Shown here in pieces: positions 10,001 through 19,500 of a stretch of DNA of 64,000 bases. The stretch lies in IMG/VR virus record IMGVR_UViG_3300046167_000924, positions 120,079 to 184,078 of that record; one strand, given 5' to 3'. The notes below the pieces were generated by a model. The model was not told the DNA's origin, made no database searches, and worked only from the letters and a program-made list of their open reading frames with translations. Made by a program: the position numbers and the translations under genes. This DNA is from a virus. Positions within the stretch are counted from its first letter, which is position 1, and the number at the start of each line of letters is the position of its first letter.

Positions 10001-10792
10001 TCTCAAAATGTAGGACTTAAAGAAGATGAGCAGTCTTTAATGGGGGTATTGCGAGAAGAAGAAAGAAAGCGTCAAGAAGCCGCCGCAAAAAAAGCAAAGA
10101 AAAAACAATTTATTCAACAACTAATTGGTACAGCTTTAAGTGCGGGCCTTACAGCTGGTTTAACTAACGCTATTAAGGGTGGTGATTTAACCAAGTCTGC
10201 TATTTCAAAAGGTTATACTGATGCCGCCCCAAAAGGAGCTTTATCGGGATTTAATACTAAAACTGGTATGCGCGCGTCGTTTGCTCCAGGTTCTGAAATA
10301 GGGGGAAACTGGATAACTCAACCTGTTAGACAAAGCGCGTTTAGTAAATATAATCCGTTTAATTGGGGGATGAAGCCTCAGCAGGGGCCAGGTTTTGCAA
10401 GTGGGGGGCATGTCTCGGGAAAATCTGGAATCGATCAAATTCCTGCAATGTTGAGCGAAGGAGAATATGTAATCAAAGCAAGCAGCGCTCGTCAACTCGG
10501 CAAGCCAATGCTTGACCGAATAAACGCAGGTAAATATAATGATGGAGGAGCAGTCGGTTCAACTCAAATAGATTCTTCAACTTCAGCAGGAAACACGAAC
10601 AATATCAGCATTTCCATAAACATGGAAAATGGAAAAGTTAGCGCAGAAGAAAAAACTCAAGACACGAATCCTGCAACATCTCAAGAAGGATCTTCCGAAA
10701 AAGATCAATCTCTTCTTGCTGAAAAAATAAAACAACAAGTTGTTTCAGTTATCGTTGAAGAGCAACGTCCTGGAGGTCTTTTAAGTGAATAA
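4061..10792 (+). CDS. Tail tape measure protein (TP901-type N-terminal domain) with internal cassettes
   Basis: 2243 aa. N-terminal Ala-rich TMP domain (..AATEYARQG..DALILTRLTG..GKVIGNSFKTIFTRI..), Gly/Met/Ala hydrophobic segment, long coiled coils, and the C-terminal TMP motif FASGGHVSGKSGIDQIPAMLSEGEYVI (partly duplicated as YSRGGGVPAMVTNGEYVM). Confidence 0.93.
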   Translation: MAINLNVQGNTQPLEAAVQAAVNRIRKTPIKITVDDKGATQPLGNMKRGADEFSKSMEAANARIIAFGASMAIINGVSDAFKAMVKNVVEVEKALADINVVMGLSATNLDKFSSGLFKVAKETAASFDVAAAAATEYARQGLKVEETLKRTKDALILTRLTGMDSANAVKALTAAMNTYGDQIKDTTQLVSKFAAVDVQFAVSAEDFADAISRTGQAAKSAGVDIDELVGLVTAAQQQTARGGKVIGNSFKTIFTRIGRTDTLNQLENLGIAVRDVEGRTLGAKRILTDLANTFDHLSEAQKAQIAQTVGGVFQINVLKAVLSDAAKQNGILANATQISAGATDEAITKNEQLRQTMAAMASETGLALKEVSAQIGEIMLAPGMEKILNIVKSMTEGVGDMLGTGEGAGNTFAKGFLKGLGNIITGPGLVVMVAVFTKLLIKAVQYARDSLKSLIGVTSEAQKQKAIQTSLVTLFGQNAALNKEMLRTDISRTEKEKIILSLLKAQVMEANALNSLTKQMSTTLYSKGYGANLAPRRGKAGGHIPNFADPERQQAARGGYAAGSIRSMNMPGEGSVIYNSAEKVKNFKGMTQPAIMPPHSSKAGKNYQQAFGSIHGFDPYAARGYIPNFASAQEIGSKNAKKAGKVLNSDGGIILLTANYPGKDLTSPTFWVRDAAKGEAGAGTRVHQNVGTMQTSLKNKTFSGKKLTAKGRKPGGAAIDASGVTMRQVKVPTYSLDKSDSKINLPKNKDFQKYSYDKLKRYGKNLTIDMVNRLMPGQKISNFKGNKNAIEDNDVAVMGGRIFEKVLEAITQEIEGLSGGHKGALLDVPANPKLFEVFGAKLPAGKIGAEAKISSDTTHMKSAARKIFDVLSGTKEADILSKAFPSKKTFSKTSDIKNKAYGHIPNFADPLSDAIGREKEAGVPVSQIRVGSHPALMNKSNPIGLGVTNTQDEPNGLRDVFGAANGFVPNYVNPFGFVKDKIVQTNFAKQMTLGASNLEDFNKKLKKHKQEQQKHSTAVSRIEKQLQRNLLSQKEVDRLNKQLATAKKHEAAASRRITSTTRGTGVGGFLGRSSARMGGAFSGNSGMMMMMGAPMAAGFLQQGGMGAQGGNQGMYAAGGALSGAASGAMMASMIAPMFGPAAPLVIGVGGLIGAVQGMKSANEENTKALKEQADARLNAQTQSAMQGFANITQAKELSQKIGSTSAKSSDLQNIGLTTGASVLEGFSKISNIFKGAAEAPTFSSLTKKQKESLSPEVQAYMESVSRGDLGSRYYTESQIKADDPNVVSKLGYFKDDVGVAKSRKYQSETKEIVGFGKQKVASAKNIQGSLIDYLMKNEKSKLFSFDFGKQDGAAANTVIENLTKEEYAKVLKGQEVRGGLRADTTLIQQELGDKLKKIYNDYEVKAGEQRDALILQLNFQRVMLKSQKAAADAQLDIKTKYLKQSNLLDSQEKMLGGLMSEEQKVRIQYNKNLTKASEAYASGAAKAKSDFSMGLLQDIQGQGKDSLRSAIKQELFKRMSDREKSGKDAGGITNIKLSEKLAEMSSKEKEDLLTSLKSRNPGVENEINEILGNRQLIYDNQINTLGKQKTLSDGQSLSQKNLNEKIAKQKDLMVDVNREMQDYIRGLDNAAQSRAIASEITAARFGARPQTQGAIFTEQGRLTEERKKTIRTDYAKSATSQIKKLADDMGLTEEQIKQVIQKPSLLKGMPSKPISSMEEDLGSLQFSAFAEEKGSDKHKSLLEQIEELEQSIASAKSETAKKSDRITKILQGDLKITKEKLSKEDKLLEIRKDEYTRRTGPDAFGEGIKDAGIEMEKRVAMMDYELAKNIPMKFADGLAQAMQATLNQTENLGDALMGIASNFLQAIQSALLQKAAYQIVGGVGASTGLFSKGGGVRNYSRGGGVPAMVTNGEYVMSGDAVSKYGGAFMHSLNAGGKIPGYANGGAAPGSAIAENFGGGRGFASGRAYQSKAMSSFFYTQSQNVGLKEDEQSLMGVLREEERKRQEAAAKKAKKKQFIQQLIGTALSAGLTAGLTNAIKGGDLTKSAISKGYTDAAPKGALSGFNTKTGMRASFAPGSEIGGNWITQPVRQSAFSKYNPFNWGMKPQQGPGFASGGHVSGKSGIDQIPAMLSEGEYVIKASSARQLGKPMLDRINAGKYNDGGAVGSTQIDSSTSAGNTNNISISINMENGKVSAEEKTQDTNPATSQEGSSEKDQSLLAEKIKQQVVSVIVEEQRPGGLLSE

Positions 10793-10794
10793 TT

Positions 10795-11676
10795 ATGAGC
10801 TTTTCAAATTATCAACAGAAGGTTGTAATTGATGGAGTCGCTCTGTCTGGAGTTCAAGATGTAAATGGTAGTTACGGTATAAGCGAAAAGCCGATCCGTA
10901 TAGCAGGTGTTGGTTTTGTTGATGCTTTAGTTAACGCCCCACTAGAAGGAAACTTTACAATATCCAGAAAAATGGTAAGTAAAGACCCACTAATACAATT
11001 TGATTCATTAGGAAAATATACTTATGATGAAAATGAAATAAGTGGAGCAATTTTATATGAAAATGATACAAAAGGATTTGGCTTTACAAAAGGCAGAGTA
11101 ACTCGATATTCTGTCAATTGTGCGGTCGGAGAAATTCCTGATATACAAACTGATATTACTGTATATGGTGATCTAGGTAGTGGTGTAATGACTCAATCTG
11201 AAACGCAAAGTCATCCACCAATACAATATCCTGATCAATCTAGTATAAGTATAAATGTTAGTGATTTTCAATTAGACGCAATTACTGATTTTAGTTATAG
11301 CCGTTCATTAAATTTAGAGGCTGTATATGCAATTCCAAAAGGAACTTCATCTGATTGGGATAATGATATTGATATATCGAATCCGAATTTAGATCCTGTA
11401 CAAATTGACACTCAATATCCGATTGAGACTGATATTAATTTTACTATGATTGTAAATAATTATCAGATAAAAGAAATGAAAGATAAAATAAGGAGTGCGC
11501 CGAAAAGCAATGTATCTATACAAATAAAAGATGCCGAAACGGACGCTATTATAAACGCGTTTACTGGTCAGAACGTAAGACTTACAAGCGAATCAATTTC
11601 TTCATCAACAGAAGACGAAATGACGATATCATTAACCTATAAGGGTTATGAAACTCTGCACAATCCAGTATCATGA
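10795..11676 (+). CDS. Putative distal-tail / tube-fold baseplate protein
   Basis: 293 aa, beta-rich, directly after the TMP; the two halves have a similar pattern. Confidence 0.4.
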   Translation: MSFSNYQQKVVIDGVALSGVQDVNGSYGISEKPIRIAGVGFVDALVNAPLEGNFTISRKMVSKDPLIQFDSLGKYTYDENEISGAILYENDTKGFGFTKGRVTRYSVNCAVGEIPDIQTDITVYGDLGSGVMTQSETQSHPPIQYPDQSSISINVSDFQLDAITDFSYSRSLNLEAVYAIPKGTSSDWDNDIDISNPNLDPVQIDTQYPIETDINFTMIVNNYQIKEMKDKIRSAPKSNVSIQIKDAETDAIINAFTGQNVRLTSESISSSTEDEMTISLTYKGYETLHNPVS

Positions 11677-12575
11677 GTAAGCCATATTTAAGATTTGAAG
11701 ACGGCAAAATTTCTTTGGGCGGAAAAGATTTGGATGTATCGTCTGCAAGTTTATCTTTGAATCCGTCATTGGAACCCGAAAGAGTTTATGGAGATTATGA
11801 TGCCGCAATAGCTGGAGCAAAAACGGAGTTTGTAAAACACGCTGCGGTTTCTCCATTGCGTGGTCAGTTAGAAATTAAATTTTTAATTAATTCAGACAAA
11901 TTTACAACAAATAATATTGATAAACTTTTTGATATAAGAAATGGAATGAATGGTGATGCAATACATGGTAATATAGTTGGTCGTTATTTCTTTGATAATA
12001 TGTATTTAAAATCTTTTAGTTTTAGTTTGTCTCCTTATTCTGTTATTGAGGCTAGCGCATCTTATGATATATTTGGAAGCGTGAAAAAGACAAGCGAAAG
12101 AAGATTCAATATAACAAATTTAAATATAGCGCACGGATTAAAATCATTTGGTGAGATGAAAGCCAATAATCAAAGCGCCGACAACATTAGTGGACAATTT
12201 GAAATAAGCTCTTTACAATATAGTATACAAGTGAATAGAAAGGTTCATTATCATATTCGAGGTTCAGAGCACTCGTCGGTTGCAACCACTGCAAACGGAG
12301 CCCTGCCTGCACGCGTCTCTCTTGAAAATATAGAAGCTGAAATGTCTGTCGAGTCGAATGAAATTATTCCGAATCTAAATCCATACGGAGATTATCAATC
12401 TGGTACAATAGTGGATGGACTATCTAGCGCTTCACTGTCTGCATTTTTATATACTCTGCAAGGAGATAAGGTTGCTAAATTTTCATGCACTGGTAAGATA
12501 CAGTCTGAATCGCTGTCGATATCAGAAGGTCAATACGCAAAAGGTAATTTGACAATACGAGAAATAATTAAGTAA
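11673..12575 (+). CDS. Putative distal-tail / tube-fold baseplate protein
   Basis: 300 aa, ATGA-coupled to the previous gene, beta-rich, between TMP and the gpM-like gene. Confidence 0.4.
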   Translation: MSKPYLRFEDGKISLGGKDLDVSSASLSLNPSLEPERVYGDYDAAIAGAKTEFVKHAAVSPLRGQLEIKFLINSDKFTTNNIDKLFDIRNGMNGDAIHGNIVGRYFFDNMYLKSFSFSLSPYSVIEASASYDIFGSVKKTSERRFNITNLNIAHGLKSFGEMKANNQSADNISGQFEISSLQYSIQVNRKVHYHIRGSEHSSVATTANGALPARVSLENIEAEMSVESNEIIPNLNPYGDYQSGTIVDGLSSASLSAFLYTLQGDKVAKFSCTGKIQSESLSISEGQYAKGNLTIREIIK

Positions 12576-14884
12576 TGTCTGATTTGGATAACATTCTTGG
12601 GCGTCACTACAAGACCAATGTAAGTAATTACAGCGGAGTTTTTGCAACAGGTAATAATTATCAAAAATTTGATTTTGTTTATAACACTGGTGATGGAGAG
12701 TTTTATTATGCTCGCCAAGACACTGCGGCATATATGGGCGCAGTTTCTGTTGATCAAAATCTTAGATATACATTAATTCCAAATGGCCCAGCTACGAGTG
12801 ATGGATTGAGTCATTACATTCTGGACGGCTTGAATAGACCGCACGATATAAGTGCAAATTTTGAAGCGGGACAAATAATAAATTTAAATGGTTCTACTGG
12901 AAGTAATGATGGACAATACAAAATATTGTCTATCGAAGAAAGTACCACTGTCAACAATCAATTAGATTTAACTGGCGCGGCGATAATGGTTCTAGGAATA
13001 TCTTCTAGCTCGATTGATCATTTTGAACCTTCTGGAAGTCATGCAATATCTTTAGAGGTTGTAGACTCTGACCCTTCTTTAAATCCCGATGCGTGGACTT
13101 CTGATTTATTTTTCTTTGACGCTGATTATGGAGCAACTGTAAATTTCAAAGCTAATAATCATAGATATCAATATGGAAATGGTTATTATATTTTGCAGCC
13201 CAAAAATATTAATTCTTTAAGCTGCGAATTTGATTTAAAATTTCAAAACAGAACCAATCGAGAAGCGAATGCACTTATTCACTTTTTAGAAAATAAACAA
13301 GGGCAACAAGAAAAAGATAAATCTTCTTTAAATCTTGCGTACAGTCAGGGAATTTCTGGGTTTCGCTGGGATGGAAATGCAACATTTCATCCATACGATT
13401 CGACGACAACTCAATCAAAAACTTTTTATTGTGCAGATTTTTCTCATTCTTTAAATTTTGAAAATAGTAATGATATAAATGTTAGGCTTAGAAATTTTAA
13501 TACTTCTTTATTAAATAAGTCTGAGCAATTGTTTGTTAATAAAGCTGATACTTATACTGGTAATTTTAATTATTATGAAAATGATGTTGTATTTTATACT
13601 GGTAATCATGAATATTACTATTGTATAAATGATAATAATAATATTGCACCTGTACAAGAAAATATAGAATGGACGCGCGAGTCTGGTTTGTTCTCGAATA
13701 TAAATACAGGGTATTGGACTCAGGATTTTAATTGGAAGCCATCGATTGGATTATCTGTTGATCAAAAAATAAGAATAAATAATGTATCATTTGATGGAAA
13801 ATATACTCAAATATATCAAGATGGGATAAATGAAAGTTTATTGAATTTAGATTTGCAGTTTAATAATCGAGATGACGAAGAAGCTTATGCTATGCTTCAT
13901 TTTCTTGAACAAAAAATGGGTTGTAAGCCTTTTGTTTTTAAAGCTCCGTCTCCATACGATTCTGTGAAAAATTTTGTATGCCAAGAGTGGAGTCATTCAT
14001 ATGTTCATAAGAATAATCATAATATTACCGCGAGATTTGAAGAATTTCCATTTAACTTGCAAGCAGATCAATATTCTAATTTAGTAACAGAGCCTATTTT
14101 GAATTCTGGTGAATTAGTTTTTACTTCTCCATTTGCATTTTCCAAAAAAGATTCTGAAGAAGATATAGGTTTTGGTCAAATTATAAAAGGTAGAATTTTA
14201 TTAAAAAATATTGGCGATTCTCCTATAGATCTTTACAATGCTTCTGTTGCTGCTAGAACTATTGGCAGCTTTTCTATGATCGGGCAAAATGGAAGTAATG
14301 TTCCTGCTGTAGTGGGAAGTGATTTAGAAAAAAGTGATTACATTTTTGATCTCCCAGTTAATGAACCTTCAATATCCGATCCGTCTGTTGATTTCGATTT
14401 AAAAGGAAAAAAAATAAAATTATCAAAATCTTATTCTGCTGGTATACGAGGTGGTCAATCTTTTACCGTTGTGACAGGTTCTGCCGGAAACTATCGACCA
14501 GAAAAAATAAATGGAAGGGTAAATTCGTTTTTTCAAAATAATGTTGGTCAAATAAAATCAACACTATCTTCTTCTCAAAAGTTTTTTGATTGTGATTATT
14601 TTGTTGTTGAAGAGTTCTTTAAAAATAATACAGTTACTCAAATCGCTGGGGGAGGAGAAGCGTTTGTGGATGTTTTGTTTGGAGGTATTCAGCAGTCAGA
14701 AGTGTCATTTGAAATCTTAACAGATCAAGATGTAAATATAAACGACACAGATAGCTCCTCGTCCACTATTGATTCTCTAGAAATAATAAAACTTGGAGGT
14801 TACTATTATGGGGATCTAGTTGTTTCTAGCTCTACAGATTATAGCCCTCAAACAGGTTCACTTAAAGTATATATAGACTACTAA
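12575..14884 (+). CDS. Minor tail protein with two lambda gpM-like domains
   Basis: Two copies of a gpM-like pattern: 'INSLSCEFDLKFQNRTNREANALIHFLENKQG' and 'INESLLNLDLQFNNRDDEEAYAMLHFLEQKMGCKPFVFKAPSP..FVCQEWSHS..NITARFEE'. Confidence 0.75.
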   Translation: MSDLDNILGRHYKTNVSNYSGVFATGNNYQKFDFVYNTGDGEFYYARQDTAAYMGAVSVDQNLRYTLIPNGPATSDGLSHYILDGLNRPHDISANFEAGQIINLNGSTGSNDGQYKILSIEESTTVNNQLDLTGAAIMVLGISSSSIDHFEPSGSHAISLEVVDSDPSLNPDAWTSDLFFFDADYGATVNFKANNHRYQYGNGYYILQPKNINSLSCEFDLKFQNRTNREANALIHFLENKQGQQEKDKSSLNLAYSQGISGFRWDGNATFHPYDSTTTQSKTFYCADFSHSLNFENSNDINVRLRNFNTSLLNKSEQLFVNKADTYTGNFNYYENDVVFYTGNHEYYYCINDNNNIAPVQENIEWTRESGLFSNINTGYWTQDFNWKPSIGLSVDQKIRINNVSFDGKYTQIYQDGINESLLNLDLQFNNRDDEEAYAMLHFLEQKMGCKPFVFKAPSPYDSVKNFVCQEWSHSYVHKNNHNITARFEEFPFNLQADQYSNLVTEPILNSGELVFTSPFAFSKKDSEEDIGFGQIIKGRILLKNIGDSPIDLYNASVAARTIGSFSMIGQNGSNVPAVVGSDLEKSDYIFDLPVNEPSISDPSVDFDLKGKKIKLSKSYSAGIRGGQSFTVVTGSAGNYRPEKINGRVNSFFQNNVGQIKSTLSSSQKFFDCDYFVVEEFFKNNTVTQIAGGGEAFVDVLFGGIQQSEVSFEILTDQDVNINDTDSSSSTIDSLEIIKLGGYYYGDLVVSSSTDYSPQTGSLKVYIDY

Positions 14885-14885
14885 A

Positions 14886-16163
14886 ATGGGAAAATCAGAA
14901 TCAAATTTAAATAAGCAACTCGTATCTCTAAGTCCGGACGTCTTAGTTGATTTATACGAAATAGATTTCAGTTCACTTCAACCAAATTTTGAAATTCTTC
15001 AGGATTTATATGGAATATCTATTGGCGCAGATTCGGTTTATAGGTTTTGCCCTATGATTAACGGATCAAATCCTGTATATTGGCAAGGTAAGGGTTATCA
15101 ACCCTTACCTATTAAAGCTAGTGGTTTTGAGCATAAATCTGATGGGAGGTTGCCAAGACCGACTTTGACAATAGCGAATCCAGATGGAGTGTTATCTCAA
15201 ATAGTTCACTCTAATAGCGACTTTACAAATTGCAAGGTAACTAGAAAGAGAACTTATGTCCGATTTTTGGATGATGAAAATTTTCAAAATAGAAATTTAA
15301 ACGAATCAGGGAAAAACCCTTTTGGGGAAGCTGACCCTAACTCTCACCTTCCTGATGATGTATATTTTATTAATAAAAAAACTCAAGAAAATAAAGTCGG
15401 CATTGAATTTGAACTTGTTTCCGTTTTAGAATTTGAAGATTCTTGGGTTCCTGCTAGAATTGTTTTGTCTAGCTACTGCAATTGGACATATAGATGTTCT
15501 GTTGGTTGCGGTTATAAAGGCCTACCTATTGAAGATGGAAATGGAGAAAGTCTCCGAGAGGGCTTTGCGAAAAACCCAAGCCTGTCTTCGGTTTCAGGAT
15601 CAGACCCTGTTTATAATGTAGGAAAAGTTGATCCAGATTCTTTCCCAAATGGTTTGATAGATATTCCCGATTGGAATAAAGAAGGTCGAGGTTCCACAGA
15701 TTCTGGTTATAAACTAAATGATCTTGTAAAAATTACCCCAAGAAATTCTAATAACCCATACAAGTCAACTCCTCAGGTTTTTGTGTGCATTCAATCTCAC
15801 GAAATAGCAAAAGATCACGTACCTTTTTTTGACAAAGAATACTGGGCAAAAGACGAATGCCAAAAAACTTTCGAAGCTTGCAAAAAAAGATTTGGATCTT
15901 CAGGTTCTGATGAATTGAATAACGATTACGAAAAGTATGTGAATAGCTATTCTGATCTCGTTGCCGCTTTTGATAGTCAAACAACCATGAATAAGTACGA
16001 CTGGGGAAAAAGACACTGGGAGCAGAATGGTCGAGGGGAAGCTAGAATTATGCCCCAAATAGAAGATGTAGAAGATTTATCTAAATATAATAAGTCAAAT
16101 AGAACCCATAAAGGTTTAAGATTCGGTGGATTCCCAGGTACAGAAAAGTTTAGAGTTGAATAA
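14886..16163 (+). CDS. Minor tail protein L (lambda gpL family)
   Basis: 'LVDLYEIDF', 'YQPLPIKASGFE..GRLPRPTLTIAN', 'VTRKRTYVRFLD..NF', 'EFELVS', four Cys (CNWTYRCSVGC...CQKTFEACKKRF) and terminal RFGGFPG, as in Fe-S-binding gpL. Confidence 0.92.
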   Translation: MGKSESNLNKQLVSLSPDVLVDLYEIDFSSLQPNFEILQDLYGISIGADSVYRFCPMINGSNPVYWQGKGYQPLPIKASGFEHKSDGRLPRPTLTIANPDGVLSQIVHSNSDFTNCKVTRKRTYVRFLDDENFQNRNLNESGKNPFGEADPNSHLPDDVYFINKKTQENKVGIEFELVSVLEFEDSWVPARIVLSSYCNWTYRCSVGCGYKGLPIEDGNGESLREGFAKNPSLSSVSGSDPVYNVGKVDPDSFPNGLIDIPDWNKEGRGSTDSGYKLNDLVKITPRNSNNPYKSTPQVFVCIQSHEIAKDHVPFFDKEYWAKDECQKTFEACKKRFGSSGSDELNNDYEKYVNSYSDLVAAFDSQTTMNKYDWGKRHWEQNGRGEARIMPQIEDVEDLSKYNKSNRTHKGLRFGGFPGTEKFRVE

Positions 16164-16491
16164 AATATTTGATTCATCTTTTCTTGATGAACTAAAGTTA
16201 TATTCTAAAAAAACACCCGACCAGGAGTGTTGCGGTATAATAATAAAAGAAAACAATTTAAATAAATTCATTTCATGTGAAAATAAAAGCCTTTATCCTC
16301 GCGAGTCTTTTGTTATAAACTCTAATATTATTATTGATTATGATGTTGAATATATTTTTCATAGTCATACTATTGGTAGTGCTAATCCATCAATTAAAGA
16401 TATGCGAGTTTCACAAGAATTATGTATACCTTTTTTGATTTATAGTTTAAGCTGTGATGAATTTTACTTATACAATAATATAAGTGTATAA
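16156..16491 (+). CDS. gpK-like JAB/MPN domain tail assembly protein (no NlpC/P60 domain)
   Basis: ECCG...FHSH...PS..D JAB motif, between gpL and gpI. Probable TTG start at 16156 (ORF track starts at 16126). Confidence 0.8.
   Translation: MNKIFDSSFLDELKLYSKKTPDQECCGIIIKENNLNKFISCENKSLYPRESFVINSNIIIDYDVEYIFHSHTIGSANPSIKDMRVSQELCIPFLIYSLSCDEFYLYNNISV
16484..16489 (+). promoter_or_regulatory. GTGTAT motif upstream of gpI-gpJ
   Basis: Followed by TATAAGGTTTAAGGT before GTG 16513. Confidence 0.4.
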
Positions 16492-16512
16492 GAATATAAG
16501 GTTTAAGGTAAA

Positions 16513-19500
16513 GTGAAGACGGTATATTTACATGGTAAGTTAGGTAAACGCTTTGGTAAAAAGTGGAGCCTAAACGTGGGCTCTGTTCAGGAGGCGTTTT
16601 CTGCCCTAGAAGCTAATAGCGAGGGCTTTTTCGAATATATTTTAGATTGCGCAAAAAGAGATATTCAATATATAATTCTCGCGAAGTCTCCTTCTAGCTT
16701 GAAAAATGAAGGGGATTTTAAAAAGTACGCCATGTCTCCTTGTGAGTTAAACATGGTTAGCAACTCAAAAGAAATTCATATAGTTAGCAAAACAGAGGGT
16801 TCGATTACTGTGGCAATTGTTAAGGCTATTTTGGTTGCGGTTGCTGTTCAAGTGGTTATGAGTGTTTTATTTAAGCCGCCGAAGCCGCCAGAAAGAAAAG
16901 ATCCAACTAATACCAAATCTTATTTAATTGCTGGGGCAATTAATCGACAAGCTCAAGGTATTGCCGTTCCCCTGGGTTATGGAAAATTAAAGATTGGAGC
17001 TTCTAATATAGCTACTAGGCAAACCTCAAAAAGGTTTAGAAGCTCTACTGAAGAAAAGTCTTTAGAGTCCTATAGTGAGATAGAAATTTTAGATTTATTA
17101 TCTGAGGGCCCTATAGAAGGTTTTATAAACAAGAATGGTGGCACAATATCTGGAGGCGATATTCGAGAGGGAATCTTTTTAAATAATGTTCAAGTAAAAA
17201 ATACCCCCAGGAACTTAAATGACGAAGGAACTTTGAATTATGTGCTGAATGAAAATGAAGACTCAGAAGAAGGTAAACCTAAGTTTAAAGACGGAGATGA
17301 GTCTGATTCGACTATTTTGTCTGATGAAGTTTTTTCTATAAGAGAATATAATTCGCGTTTATATGGTTCTAGTCCTTACGGTAGAAATAAAAAATACTCA
17401 GGCGGCAAAAAGGAATACGAAATAATTCAAGAAGCTTTATCTAATGATGCAAAAATATTTTCTCATTTTGTTTCTAATGAAAATGTTGGCAAGGTGTCAA
17501 TCACTATAAAGTCTAACCTTTATGTTCAAAATGATGATGGATCAACTTCTTCTAATAATATAAGATTTGCGATATTAATCACAAGATCGAATGGAGAGTT
17601 TAATGTTCTTGATCGATCGAGTTCGAAATGTATAGTAGAGTTTGAGCAAAATTCTGGATTGACTGAAACTCATCAAGATTACGATAGCTATTTTACTTTA
17701 GATGGAATTGCAACTTCACCGTATCAATTCGATATAAACATATCTTATAATCCAAAATTAAATAAAGAAGAAATTAGTGGTGGAGTAACTTTTAAAGTTA
17801 TACGTTTGAGTGCAGAATACGACCCCTCTGTAAAAGGAGGTTCTGTAGGTGGTATAGCAAAGCGTAGAGACTTGGAGGTTGCTCATATTGTAGAGATAAT
17901 TAAACAACCGATGCTTTACCCTCATAGCTCTATATGTAAATTAGTATTCGACGGAAAGAATTTTTCAAACATTCCAGAAAGGTCGTATCATGTGCGATTA
18001 AAGAAAGTTTTAATTCCTTCTAATTATGACCCTGTCTCTAGAAAATACGATGGGCCTTGGGATGGACTGTTTCTCGGACAGTCTGATTCTTTGGAATCTG
18101 TGCATTCTATCGCTGATAGAGATAAAAGGTGGACGGATAACCCTGCTTGGATTTTTTACGATTTATTGCATAACGCTAGGTATGGCGTTGGTAAATATGG
18201 ATTGGAGGAAGAAAATATAGATAAATGGCAGCTGTATAAAGTCGCTAAATATTGCGACGAGTTAGTTGAGACTAATTACCCTATAGAAACCGAAAGCGCT
18301 TTTCCGAGAATGTTTGAAACTGATAATAATTTACTGTTTGATGAGTTTATTGAGCAACAAAATTCAGAAGATTCTAACGGCTTGTCAAACTTAAAAAGCA
18401 ATGGAAGCTTTACGGTAAAAATAAAAAGCGATAATTTTTACAATGATAACGGTCAATTAAAAGTTAATACTAATGCGTTTTTAACCCCCGACGAAATAAA
18501 GGATAAGTTTACAAAAGAATTTGGCGACGGAGATAGCTTTAGGGGTAAGAAGATTGCTTTCTTTATTCATCAAAACAATGTTGACCTTAGTTCTTTGAGT
18601 GATGCTGATATTTTAAATATTCAAAAAAAATCTGCAATACGTTCTGGTGAAATTATTATAGAGGAAAGAATTATATTAAGAAGTAGTGCTACAAATAGAG
18701 AAGTTACTTTAGCGGGGCCAACTTTTTCAAGTAATCCGATGACTTCGACTGACAATAAAACATACGGTGCGTGCGCTACTCAAATTAGCCACCCTATTGT
18801 CGAAGCTAGGTTTTCTTCTAATATTTATTTAACTGATCGTGTGGAGGCTTTAAATGTTATGAATAATACAGCTTCTGTTTTTAGAGGGATTATAGCTTAT
18901 TCTGCAGGAAAAATTATCGCCGTTCAAGATGCCTTTAAAAGACCTGTTCAGTTATTTAATAATTCAAATGTATCTATTGACGGATTCTCTTATGCAGGGG
19001 TAAATAAAAATAAAAAGTTTACAGCTTGCCTTGTTCGGTTTAATAATAAAGATAAAAATTATCAACCAGACGTAGCATTCGAGGAAGACGCTGATGCTAT
19101 GCAGAAATTTGGGTATGTCGAAAATGAAACTATGGGTTTCGGTATAACATCTGAAAGTCAAGCGAGAAGACTCGCTAAGTGGATTTTATTTTCCTCTCAA
19201 CTAGAGACAGAGACAATTACATTTAAGACTGGGCAAGAGGCAAGTTATCTATTTCCAGGTGCAATATTTGAGGTGTCTGATGAAATGAGGGCTGGGTCAA
19301 CAAAAAGTGGAAGAATTTTAGATATTCAAATGCACAAACAGGTTGCTGTTCAGGGTCAGTCGTCTCAACTTAATGTTAAACTACCTGATCCTTATGTTTT
19401 GATTGATAAGTCCACAATAGAGGCGCCAAGCTTTAAGCGTGTCGAGCTTACTGTTTGCGTGGGGCTCTCAAACTCATCTCAGGAAAAACTTAATGCTAGG

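Noticed and set aside
18270-18795. Intein or intron in gpJ
   Set aside because: The insert is in frame and has no C/S...HN splice motifs or LAGLIDADG/HNH signature.
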